A DNA stretch of 63,136 nucleotides, counting the filler, from Octopus bimaculoides (lineage: Eukaryota), in the NCBI RefSeq assembly GCF_001194135.2. It is 5 parts of 5 records of this genome, joined end to end, with 100 filler letters (N's around TTAATTAATTAA, not from the genome) between each part and the next. Parts side by side here need not be neighbours in the genome. Positions count along the whole stretch, not along the records: positions 1 to 17,802 come from NC_068997.1; 4 more parts are not named here. The stretch is one strand, 5' to 3'. The translations under genes were made by a program, and so were the position numbers. Shown here piece by piece: positions 1-11,066 of the stretch (position 1 is the first letter of the stretch; the number at the start of each line of letters is the position of its first letter). The notes under the pieces are model-generated. The model saw only the letters and a program-made list of their open reading frames with translations. It made no database searches and was not told where the DNA came from.

Positions 1-534
1 AACCACATAAAGCTTCCTTTGTTCCCTCTTTCTGTAAGACAGCAAATGTGATTTGAGTGAGATTCGGTTGCTATTTCTAGAATATCGATGGACCACGTAG
101 AGCTTTCTCTTAGTTCAACAAGAGTTTTCAAAACAAATTTTATCCTGTTTGTACCACGATGAAGACAAGGATACAGAAGTTGCTTGTTGGGAATAAGTGT
201 GGAGGTGTGTGAAATATATGGATGTCCTGATTATCGAAATATTGATGAATTTGTGTAAGAGATCGTTCCAGATAACTGATATGATAAAAGATGGAAGTGG
301 AGAGATGTAATAGAACAAAAATTGCATTAAATGAAGCAACAACGATGATGTACCAAAGTTACATTTCAAAGCAAGTCGGCTGATCATGTTGGAAGGCCAG
401 GATTCTTAGAGTTAATTTCCTGTCAAAGCTTGTATAGATTTCATCCATTTTCTCCCAATTTTTGGCGCTAATTTACACAGATGTTCTCATAAATTATTTG
501 TACAACGCTCTTTCTCTTTTCTAGACATTTCACC

Positions 535-586
535 ATGAAGCTCCTGCTAGTTATTTTGTCGTCTGTTGTTGTTGCTACTCAGGCAA
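535..586 (+). CDS. Thyropin-like gene, coding exon 1: signal peptide MKLLLVILSSVVVATQA
   Basis: Acceptor ttttctag|525, then CACC-ATG at 535. Hydrophobic 17-aa leader ending in TQA. Donor A|GTAAGT at 587 (phase 1). Confidence 0.9.
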
Positions 587-1228
587 GTAAGTACTGCTTT
601 GAAAGCATTTACCTGAACATCCTCATGACTAATCATTAGTTCATTTAATGTCTGTAGCTGTCAATGCTTGCATAACAAGTTAGATACGTCTTCGACAACC
701 TCACCCATCACCATAGCAACTGTAAGAGGTGCTTGTGTTATGGCAAACAACGTTATGTGAAGTCGAGCGTATGTTATTGCTATTATACTGGAGGCTTTAC
801 AGCTCGATGGTCTTCTCATTGTCCGCCCGTCCACTAGCACATGATTAAAGTGAATATATAGCCTTATCTAAATATAATTATCTTAAAAGGAAGATATATT
901 AACGCTGTGCATCATAGATACCTTTATGCGTGTGTCGTGGCTCCATGAATATACGCCTTTTTTTATATTAAGAGACGGAGTTATTTTACTTATAGTAATA
1001 AAACCAACATCAAATCTCTGGTCCCTGGATTGCTTGTTATCATAAAGGTTGTTTACCTATGGTTGCCTATCTTTGATAATCAAAGGTTATGTTGCTGTTG
1101 TTCTTTATCCCTAATTTGGTACTGACCGAGTAGATATGTGATCTACGGTATTGCATCCACCATCGCCGTTTTCTCCTGAACACAGGGCATCTAGGATTAC
1201 TTTATCCTTTATATCATTCCATTAAAAT

Positions 1229-1574
1229 CAGTGGTTCTCAAATTGTGTCTATAATTCTCCTGAGCCATTTGTGGGGTCCACGCAACAAAATAATAAACCG
1301 GTGATCTACAATAGTATTTTAAGGGTCTCTAAAAAAAAAGGTTTGTTTTAGATGTATTATTGGTATGTATTGCAAGAAACAGCTTGGTTTCTTTCTTTAA
1401 CATTTTACATTGTTCAACCTACACAAGTTAATGTGTGCAAAAGAAAATTGGAAGTTTGAAAGAAGTTTCCATAAAACTAGTTTTTTAAACATCAAATGAC
1501 TATGGGGGGTCCACCAGAATAAAATAGTAATCAAAAGAGTCCATAAGACAAAACAAAAACGTTGAGAACCCCTG
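1229..1574. mobile_element. hAT (Charlie-type) MITE in intron 1
   Basis: Terminal inverted repeats CAGTGGTTCTCAA ... TTGAGAACCCCTG. No coding capacity. No recognisable 8-bp TSD. Confidence 0.7.
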
Positions 1575-2172
1575 TTTTATAATGTAACGGGGAATAATTA
1601 ATTGATATTTCTAGCAAGTCGTATGACCACGTCAACTCACACTTTTTGTGCACGGTATCTTCTTGTATTTGATGTCCACCACAAGAGAGAGAAAGTCGTG
1701 AAATATCATCATAGTACAAGTGATGTATACACGGATATCTAAAGTTCAAACGGTGGAATAAATTATTATGCCGTGAGAAAGAAGACAACGCTAACGTTTC
1801 TGGCAGGATTTTTCGTTAGAGAAAAGGTTGTGATGTTCTGTGATGTTATTAGATGAATGTACAGGGAAGAGAAAGGAGGGAGGAAGAGGAAAAATAGGAG
1901 AAGGGGGGTGGGGTGTTGATAGTATCTAGGAGTAACAGTCATAGTAAGGAGGCAGCAGAAAAAAGCAGCAGATAGAAACATTGAGGAGGGAGTTGATAAG
2001 AACAGCTGCAAACCAGACAAACTTGACATGCTTACGCACATACACACACATACATGCACGGACATATATACGTTTATATATATAATTGCTGTTGTTGTTG
2101 GTGGTGGTGGTGGTGGTGGTGGTGGTGGTGTGTGGGGAGTCTCACCTTCGATTTACCATCGAGATCCATTCG

Positions 2173-2224
<52 letters not shown>

Positions 2225-2231
2225 TTATTAA

Positions 2232-2455
2232 GGCGGAGAGCTGGCAGAATCGTTAGCACGATGAGCAAAACACTTAGCGGCATTTCGTCCGTCTGTAGGT
2301 TCTGAGTTCAAGTTCCACCGAGGTTGTCTTTGCCTTTCATCCTTTCAGGGTTGATAAAATAAGCAGCAGTTGAGTACTGGGGGGGGGGGTCGATGAAATC
2401 GACTCATCCTCCACCTCCCCCCCCAAAACTGCTGGTCTTTTGTCAAAATGTAAAA
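2232..2455 (+). mobile_element. tRNA-derived SINE, family A (ggcggcgagctggcagaa... head)
   Basis: Matches the copies at 54887 and 55477. B-box-like gttctgagttcaa(a/g)ttcc. Confidence 0.85.
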
Positions 2456-2657
2456 CCGTCCACAGCCACACAGTAACAACATTAACACAGTCCGAGAATA
2501 AAGCAGTAATAGCAGCAAGGCCCACACGGGTTCGATGTCAATATACTGCTATCCTTTGATGGTAATGAATGGAGTACAGGTATTTCATCTGACCATTATA
2601 GCTTCTTACACTTGCTTTTAAGTATATCTTATGTTTTACTCTGTTTTAATATTTCAG

Positions 2658-2754
2658 TTACCTGTGCTCAGTACAGACTCGTGACGTTTTCAAGAGATTT
2701 TCCTGCATGTGAAAAGGATGGATCGTACTCCCGGCTGCAGTGTACAGGCCCAAT
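2658..2754 (+). CDS. Thyropin-like gene, exon 2 (ITCAQYRLVTFSRDFPACEKDGSYSRLQCTGP): N-terminal part of thyroglobulin type-1 domain 1
   Basis: tttcag acceptor. Open in phase 1. P-x-C-x2-DG-x-Y-x3-QC motif of Tg1 domains. Donor AT|GTAAGC (phase 2). Confidence 0.9.
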
Positions 2755-2793
2755 GTAAGCGAAATAAGTTCAATACTTGTAATATATTATAAC

Positions 2794-2881
<88 letters not shown>

Positions 2882-3011
2882 GATAGATAGATAGATAGAC
2901 AGACAGATAGATAGATAAATAGATAGATAGATAGATAAGGTTGGAATGAATGTTTTGTCACATTTCAAGATAGGAAAGAAACAAATGCTCCTTTTGTCTT
3001 ATTTTTCATAC

Positions 3012-3430
3012 CTAATCAAGATAATTTTTTGCTATATTATTGGATAACATAATCCCATCTATTTGACAAATTGCTGTTCCTCCAGGCTTAAATTTTTTTA
3101 GGCTTCGGAGCAAAGAATTGCGTAATATCATTTTTAACCTCTTCGCAATTGTTTTCCCTTTAAATAATTTTGCAATGATCTGAAAAGATGATAGACGGTG
3201 CAAGATCTGAAGAATAAGGAATATGAGGCAAAACCTCTACATTTAGCACAGTGATATGTTTCTGGGTGGCTTGGGCAATATGTGGTCTAGCATTATCATG
3301 TATGACCAACAGTCCTTTACGACTTGTCACTGATGAGACTTTTGCAGGCAAATTTTTTTTGCTACGCTTCCAATTGACGACAACTCTTCACATTTACTGT
3401 TCCGTTTTGGTTTAATACATCATGATAGTC
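3012..3430 (-). mobile_element. Degenerate mariner (Tc1/mariner, DD34D) transposase C-terminal fragment
   Basis: Minus-strand translation SRKGLLVIHDNARPH...EVLPHIPYSSDLAPS matches the mariner HDNARPH and YSPDLAPSD motifs. Frameshifted. Confidence 0.9.
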
Positions 3431-3469
3431 GACACCCTTCATATCTCACCAAATACAAATCATAGCTTG

Positions 3470-3700
3470 ACACTAACACTGGTTTCCAAATGGTTATGGG
3501 AGGCAAGCAAACAAACATACACACACATACACATACAACGGGCTTCTTCCAGTTTCTGTCAACCAAATTCACTCACAATGCTTTGGTCGGCCTTGGTTAT
3601 AGTAAAAAAACACTTGCCTAAAATGCCACGCAGTGGGACTGAACCTGGAACTATGCGGCTTGGAAGCAAGTTTCTTACTACACACCCACGCCTGCACCTA
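3470..3700 (-). mobile_element. SINE family B, mainly the 5' half
   Basis: Reverse complement of the ggcgcaggagtggctgtgtggtaag...gaagcccg head seen at 25485 and 29628. Confidence 0.8.
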
Positions 3701-5292
3701 TGTTACAAGTGTTTCTTTTGGTTTAGCTTATATTAAGACGTGGTTAAAAAGGAGCGTTTGTCTTGTGAAAAATTCCTGTCCATTAAACCAAAATTATTCT
3801 ATACTTCTTACACAGTCACAAAGCTTCAAATTCGGCAGAGTTGATTGCACTGATTCCAGTACTTGACTGGTATACTGTTTTATCAACTCTAAAACGATTA
3901 TAAACAATGTTGGTCACGGAGAGGTTTGAACTCAGAATGTAAAAGACCATAACTAAACATCATAAGAAATTTTGACCAACGCTTTGATGTTCTCATTCCA
4001 TTGCCAAAGATTCTTATTCATCGAGTATACCCAAAACCTACATTTTTACTGGAAATTCTGGGAGTTGTCTCATATGCCACGCCGCCTTATGAACTGATAT
4101 ATGTTATATATGTATACATAACTTAAATATTACAAATATTTTACATTTTGATCGAACTGATGCGTTTTCTTAATGAAAATTTATAATTTACTCCTGACAG
4201 TTAAGAGAAATAAAATATCGCTTCTGCACTAGTATCTTGAATTCTAAGAATCGGTCAGAAATTTTCCAGTGTATATGTTGTCACATAAAGCATCGATTAT
4301 GCTTTAAATTATTTACTGTTGAATTTGAAGTAGATAAAGATATAAATCACACCTCGTAAATATTGGATTAAAATCCCTTTCAGATAAAAAAAAAAAAAGA
4401 TCGAAAGATACCCGTATTACTCGAACCTACAACTTTTGCAAGCATAACAGGCGTTCTACCATCGGAAGAAAATAATTGTTCAGCTTTTTCAGTCCATTGC
4501 AGAAGCTTTGTTCATTGTACGATTTTTTGTGTCATAATAATTTAGAAATTTTGATAAAACGTGAAATAATTAGTGCTTAACTGTAGATACTGAAGTAGAG
4601 AATAAAAGCTAATAACTGTTTGGTTCGTGAAGTAGATGGGGAGTAGTCGAAGGTCATGGAAGTACCTGAGTTGACCTGACGAAAGAAAAAATCAAAGCTA
4701 GTGATGTCAGTGTAAGTCATTTCAATAAACTTATTTCAATTCAGTTTTCATGGATAAAAACCAAGACAGGAAACATTTATAAATTTCATAAATGTTTTGG
4801 AATACAACGTTGTATTACTGAAGCTATAGGATACGGTTTCAAATTCTGGGAAGTACAAAATTCATCATGGATTACCAAACTGGACAACTAATTCTGTTTT
4901 CAGAAACAACAGTAAAGAATCCACGAGGATAATCAGCCTGCTAAAAATAGCAACTAGATTTTCCTCAGATCACACCCTTTTTATGAACTCATTCAACGAC
5001 GTGCTTTTAGGCAAAAAGATGGAATGGTCACAGTTAGAATGTCTTTGATCATAGATTTGTCTGATTTATAAAGCAACTATTAATTCCGTTTACCTTTTTC
5101 AATAAATGTTCCCAACTCCTAGAATTAAGGTCTTCATAAATGTATTCATAAATGTAATACTCACATGTTGGAAAGATTTGTATTTTAAAAAGAATTTTAA
5201 ATCTTTTCTTCGTTTAATATATGCTCAGTCGAAAGCTAGTTGTATGTTGTGACAGGAAAGTACTTCAAATTAATGTTTCCCTTTACTTACAG

Positions 5293-5372
5293 TTGCTTCT
5301 GTTTTACATCTGCTGGACACTTGGTTGAGGACCTTTTCATCAACAAGACTGATTCGGTAGGCATGGATTGCA
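5293..5372 (+). CDS. Thyropin-like gene, exon 3 (ICFCFTSAGHLVEDLFINKTDSVGMDC): C-terminal part of Tg1 domain 1
   Basis: ttacttacag acceptor in phase 2. CFCF is a variant of the CWCV motif. Donor A|GTAAGT (phase 1). Confidence 0.9.
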
Positions 5373-5614
5373 GTAAGTAGATTTCAAGACAATTATCTGG
5401 TATATACAGAAATAAAGCCCCTATCTTCTCCGACAAAAATGAGAGATAATTGTCAAACTCTCCACACCATGGAAATTAATGATGAAATTTGCTGTAAAGA
5501 AACTAAATATAACTGATATGCCTAAATTACATTTTTAATCTATCAAGCATGAATGTTGGTGATTAAAATTATTGACTGTATCTTGTTTTGTTTTTTGTTT
5601 TGTTTTTTTTTAAG

Positions 5615-5800
5615 ATTGTGCTGTGGAAAAAACAGAAAGCAAATTGAGAGGAGAAAACTCAAAACCTTATCGGTGTCTTCCAAACGGCAATTATGACAAA
5701 GTTCAATGTCAGGCTGACTCTTGTTACTGCGTAAACCCTAAGGGAATTCAGGAAGGAGATTCAGTACCTGTTGCACGCATCCATACACTTCCATGTTATG
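5615..5800 (+). CDS. Thyropin-like gene, exon 4 (NCAVEKTESKLRGENSKPYRCLPNGNYDKVQCQADSCYCVNPKGIQEGDSVPVARIHTLPCY): Tg1 domain 2
   Basis: Long T tract plus AAG acceptor in phase 1. Six Cys with NGNY..QC and CYCV motifs. Donor G|GTAAGT (phase 1). Overlaps ORF 5623..5808. Confidence 0.92.
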
Positions 5801-6285
5801 GTAAGTAGAATAATTTATTTACTGAAGTCTAAACTTCAGAGGTAATATGGTTATGTGAATGAGTCTACAGATGACAGATAACAGGACTTCTACAAGTATT
5901 TCAATGAATTTCTAGCCAGGTATTTCTCTGTATTTCATTTAAACTTAACGGAGATGCATTTGCTTGGCAAGTAACTTGATCTGAGATAAAACCTTAAAAC
6001 TGAAAATGCAACATCATGAGAAATATCATAATAGTCATTTAAAACATGGCTACAGCATGACCGAGTGATTATGAACTTTACTTCACAATCATATGATCTC
6101 AGGTTCGATCCCACTGCATGGAGTCTCAAGCAAGTTACTTTTACTTCAGCCTCGGGTCGACCCAAGCCTTTGTGAATGAAATTGGATCGATGAAACTGTG
6201 TTAGGGAAATTAGGCATACAGTCATAGAAAGGATGCCAACGCTGACATTGGAGTATGGTGAAGTTCAAACTCATCAGATCCTGTC

Positions 6286-6344
<59 letters not shown>

Positions 6345-7200
6345 NNNNNNNNNNNNNNNNNNNNNNNNNNNNNNNNNNNNNNNNNNNNNNNNNNNNNNNN
6401 NNNNNNNNNNNNNNNNNNNNNNNNNNNNNNNNNNNNNNNNNNNNNNNNNNNNNNNNNNNNNNNNNNNNNNNNNNNNNNNNNNNNNNNNNNNNNNNNNNNN
6501 NNNNNNNNNNNNNNNNNNNNNNNNNNNNNNNNNNNNNNNNNNNNNNNNNNNNNNNNNNNNNNNNNNNNNNNNNNNNNNNNNNNNNNNNNNNNNNNNNNNN
6601 NNNNNNNNNNNNNNNNNNNNNNNNNNNNNNNNNNNNNNNNNNNNNNNNNNNNNNNNNNNNNNNNNNNNNNNNNNNNNNNNNNNNNNNNNNNNNNNNNNNN
6701 NNNNNNNNNNNNNNNNNNNNNNNNNNNNNNNNNNNNNNNNNNNNNNNNNNNNNNNNNNNNNNNNNNNNNNNNNNNNNNNNNNNNNNNNNNNNNNNNNNNN
6801 NNNNNNNNNNNNNNNNNNNNNNNNNNNNNNNNNNNNNNNNNNNNNNNNNNNNNNNNNNNNNNNNNNNNNNNNNNNNNNNNNNNNNNNNNNNNNNNNNNNN
6901 NNNNNNNNNNNNNNNNNNNNNNNNNNNNNNNNNNNNNNNNNNNNNNNNNNNNNNNNNNNNNNNNNNNNNNNNNNNNNNNNNNNNNNNNNNNNNNNNNNNN
7001 NNNNNNNNNNNNNNNNNNNNNNNNNNNNNNNNNNNNNNNNNNNNNNNNNNNNNNNNNNNNNNNNNNNNNNNNNNNNNNNNNNNNNNNNNNNNNNNNNNNN
7101 NNNNNNNNNNNNNNNNNNNNNNNNNNNNNNNNNNNNNNNNNNNNNNNNNNNNNNNNNNNNNNNNNNNNNNNNNNNNNNNNNNNNATATATATATATATAT

Positions 7201-7480
7201 AAGCTATCTGAAAGGCATCTGTCAAAGGATCGGTCGCTTTCTGACAGGTTTATGTTCGAACCTGTGGCAGTGGAGACCTCCGGCGTTCTCACTCCCGGAC
7301 CGTATCCCTGCTAATTGCAATCGGGGCGGAGATGGCTGTCGACAAGTGCGAGCCCCATGAGTCAAAGCGACTGTTCCAGCGCATCTTCCGAGGCAGCGCC
7401 TTTTTCATTTTGTCTGTTGAGACCATGAGGCAGTCTGAATTACAAGAAATTTAGACAATGTAAGAATTTCGTAGCTTAAT
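7201..7480 (+). mobile_element. 3' fragment of a restriction-like-endonuclease (RLE) non-LTR retrotransposon, CRE-like
   Basis: DRFMFEPVAVETSGV, then after a frameshift LLIAIG...RLFQRI-FRGSAFFIL, resembling the F-x-P-x-A-VET-x-G ... FQR-x-S-x-A-x2-RGNA C-terminus of CRE/R2-type ORFs. GC-rich relative to its flanks. Abuts (TA)n and a gap. Confidence 0.65.
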
Positions 7481-8534
7481 TCTGTTTTATTTTAATCTAC
7501 TCCTACTGTATTTATTTAGATCCTTTATAGAGTTATCAGTAAAATATATACAATATAAGTTGTTTCTTTAATAAGTCGTCTCTAAAATAAGTTAGCTAGA
7601 ATATAAGCTATCTGTATTATAAGTTCGCAGTTTATCTGAGATGTAGGACAGAGTCCAAAAGAAAAAGAAATAACCCAATAACATAAACAACGAACAATTC
7701 CATTGAAATATAGTATTTAGAGATGATATCTCACAGCTGTCGGAGAACGTAGTGGAAATATTTCATTTCCCTGTCATCTTCTACAACACTTACTATTGTG
7801 ACAGCTGTAATGGTAATAACAGCAAAAGCAACTATTTATAATGCAGAGGGACAGCAACTGTTGAACACTGAATATGTCTACTTTGCTCACCTCTTCTGTG
7901 GCTACCGAAAAAATTTACTTGTATACAACGCAATGTGGAGAAACTCCACGCAGAAAGGGCATCCCTGTTTTTTATAATGACAGAGTGTAATTTGAGGGAG
8001 ATTTGGCTTTTACTTCCAGCTGGTTCTTAATATAGGTTCACTCATTGGCTTGCATGCCTAAGAGTCTCTTGGTACTCACAGGGGAGATGGGTACAGTGGA
8101 GTTATTCAGAACACAAGAATTACTGATTGTCTGCACATACCATTGGTTCATGTAACGTTTGTGGCTACTGCCGCTACTGCTCCTGCCATGCCAATAAGGA
8201 ATATTTCAAGAATGTTGGCCCCCTATCTATAACTATATCTCCACTGGCTCTCTTTCAGCCATAGAATTATTGCACCCTTGCCTCTTTCACTTGACCTTGT
8301 CTTGTATTTCTGATTGTAAACTTCTATCTATCAAATAAACTCGCACCTTCTTTTGCATGGTAAATAAACACTCACGTTGTGCTATATTTCTGATCATTTG
8401 TGATTTCGTTCTAAATTGCAATAGATCTAACTTTCTCTTTTATTGCAGATACACACTCTCCTTGTCCTATATTGTAAATAAATTCTGATCTTGTCCTAAA
8501 TTTTAAATAAACTTTAGTCTTTCCTATATTTCAG

Positions 8535-8646
8535 ATGAACTATGAGTTTATTCTAATCCAATGTTTTATATTTTCAGACAACAGATCGTAGCTGTCTCAA
8601 TGGATAGTGAAAGTCTCAGAAGTCAGAAGTTATTCATTGAAATAAA
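8535..8646 (+). CDS. Probable terminal exon region of the thyropin-like gene (C-terminus ...CYDEL* from 8535 or ...CYDNRS* from 8578) with poly(A) signal
   Basis: Two tttcag acceptors (ending 8534 and 8577), each giving a short in-phase C-terminus. AATAAA at 8641-8646. A third acceptor ends at 8448. The gap at 6345-7185 could hide another exon. Confidence 0.5.
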
Positions 8647-9225
8647 GACATAGATCCATTTCAATTCGTTGTTTCATGTTAATTAGATTTCTGCTAATCA
8701 ATAAAGATCTCTCAGACATTCTAATCTAAAAGAGAAAATTAAGGTGAAATTCCAAATTTAATACTGTACAGTATTTAGTTTACAGTATTTAAGTTTCAAA
8801 TCAGAATGAGGTCAAGCTTATTTCCAAAGATTATCTACTGAAATCCAGTAATATACTGAGGTCAAGTGAACCAGATTGCGTGCCATAGAAAGGAGATGTT
8901 TTGATATCCTGCTGAATCACTTCACATTTACCTGTCATATCTATGATTTCCAATCGAAACGCCCCTGCTCCCGTGTTATAATTAAAGATGCAATCAAAGA
9001 GATGGAAATTATTTCTTCTGAAAGAGGTCTTTTTCATTTTTTAAAGAAAAACTATGAAATATAATTGATAAAAGTTAAAGTACAAGCATAAATTCAATTT
9101 AGTTTTTTACCCACGCAAATGTAAACAATGCGTGTGTGTGTGTGTCTGCGCGCGTGCGCATACATGTTCTTGTACATAGTGCTAGGGAATCCCAAACCTT
9201 TGAGGTAAGAAGTATCCCTACCTTT

Positions 9226-9622
9226 GTTGTTGTTGTTGGCACTCCGTCGCTTACGACGTCGCGGGTTCCAGTTGGTCCAATCAACGGAACAGCCTGCTCG
9301 TGATATTAACGTGCAAGTGGCTGAGCACTCCACAGACACGTGTACCCTTAACGTAGTTCTCGGGGATATTCAGCGTGACACAGGGTGACAAGGACAAGGC
9401 TGACCCTTTGAAATACAGGCACAACAGAAACAGGAAGAAAGAGTGAGAGAAAGTTGTGGTGGAAGAGTACAGCAGGGTTCGCCACCATCCCCGGCCGGAG
9501 CCTCGTGGAGCTTTAGGTGTTTTTGCTCAATAAGCACTCACAACGCCCGGTCTGGGAATCAAAACCGCGATCCTATGACCGTGAGTCCGCTGCCCTAACC
9601 GCTGGGCCATTGCGCCTCCACT
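9226..9622 (-). mobile_element. Full-length tRNA-derived SINE, family C, with (CAA)n tail and 11-bp TSD
   Basis: Minus-strand head ggaggcgcaatggcccagcggttagggcagcggac... with A/B boxes. TSD tccctaccttt at 9215-9225 and 9623-9633. Second copy at 59899-60264. Confidence 0.9.
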
Positions 9623-10266
9623 TCCCTACCTTTATTAGTAACTATAAATCTACTCAGGCCATTCTGTAAAGTAAGTAAAGTCATGGACCCTAAAGAACGC
9701 TTTAATTTTGCTGAGGACATAGTTACTTCTCTTGTGCTTGTGTCATGAAAAACATAGCTACTGACGAGGGACAAAGATGAAATAAATAAACAGAACACAG
9801 CCTTAAGGCTCGACAGAGACGAAAGTATGGGTGACGCTGAGAGGAAACTCCTAAAGGATTAGAAACAGGACAACAGACAGCAGAACAGGAAAATACGACT
9901 GGCTGCTTCAGCGGTCGACGTGAAAAAGGAAGGAGAAAGAGAAAAAGGATGACAACGGGTCACGTGTCAGTAGCAAGAGGGAGAAAAGTTGGCAGCGGGA
10001 AGAGGAAAAAGAGAGCGAGAGAGGAGAGGGAGAAAGAGAGAGAGAGGGAGGAAGAGACAGAGAGAGAAAGAGACAGAGAGAGAAAGAGACAGGGAGAGAA
10101 AAAAAGAGAAAGAAGAAGGAAGAGGGATAGAAACAGAAGTCGTACGAATATATAAGCACTTACTGTGAATAAAATCGAAGGGAAGTAGCGTTCCATTAAT
10201 TAATAAATTAAAAAAGCAATAAATGCACAAACAAATGGGAAACAGATATGGAAGGTCAGAATATAT

Positions 10267-10305
<39 letters not shown>

Positions 10306-11049
10306 CAATATATGAGTATATGCATATATATGTGCATGTATGTATATACGTTTATCTACATGTACATATAGATACATAACTGGGTACATGACGTGGCAAA
10401 AGAACAAGGACAAAATGGTAAACAAGGTGCAACAAACAAGCAGGCCACATAGAAACATCCCCTTCATCAGCTGCCACCATTAAAACTCCGGCGTTTCGAA
10501 GAATTAAGGCAGTACGCATCGTAAAAATGGTTCTTCCCACGAACACAAATTAAATTGTTTTCGTGGAGGGTAGTGGCGGACNNNNNNNNNNNNNNNNNNN
10601 NNNNNNNNNNNNNNNNNNNNNNNNNNNNNNNNNNNNNNNNNNNNNNNNNNNNNNNNNNNNNNNNNNNNNNNNNNNNNNNNNNNNNNNNNNNNNNNNNNNN
10701 NNNNNNNNNNNNNNNNNNNNNNNNNNNNNNNNNNNNNNNNNNNNNNNNNNNNNNNNNNNNNNNNNNNNNNNNNNNNNNNNNNNNNNNNNNNNNNNNNNNN
10801 NNNNNNNNNNNNNNNNNNNNNNNNNNNNNNNNNNNNNNNNNNNNNNNNNNNNNNNNNNNNNNNNNNNNNNNNNNNNNNNNNNNNNNNNNNNNNNNNNNNN
10901 NNNNNNNNNNNNNNNNNNNNNNNNNNNNNNNNNNNNNNNNNNNNNNNNNNNNNNNNNNNNNNNNNNNNNNNNNNNNNNNNNNNNNNNNNNNNNNNNNNNN
11001 NNNNNNNNNNNNNNNNNNNNNNNNNNNNNNNNNNNNNNNNNNNNNNNNN

Positions 11050-11066
11050 CGACGCTCTTCCGATCT
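11050..11066 (+). other. Illumina adapter remnant (assembly artefact)
   Basis: CGACGCTCTTCCGATCT, the 3' end of the TruSeq universal/Read 1 adapter, sits exactly at a contig start after a gap. Confidence 0.9.

Noticed and set aside
9540-9622. tRNA-like sequences (also at ~4400-4470, 25485, 29628 and 60200-60264)
   Set aside because: These are SINE heads continuous with SINE bodies and tails; no complete cloverleaf with acceptor stem.
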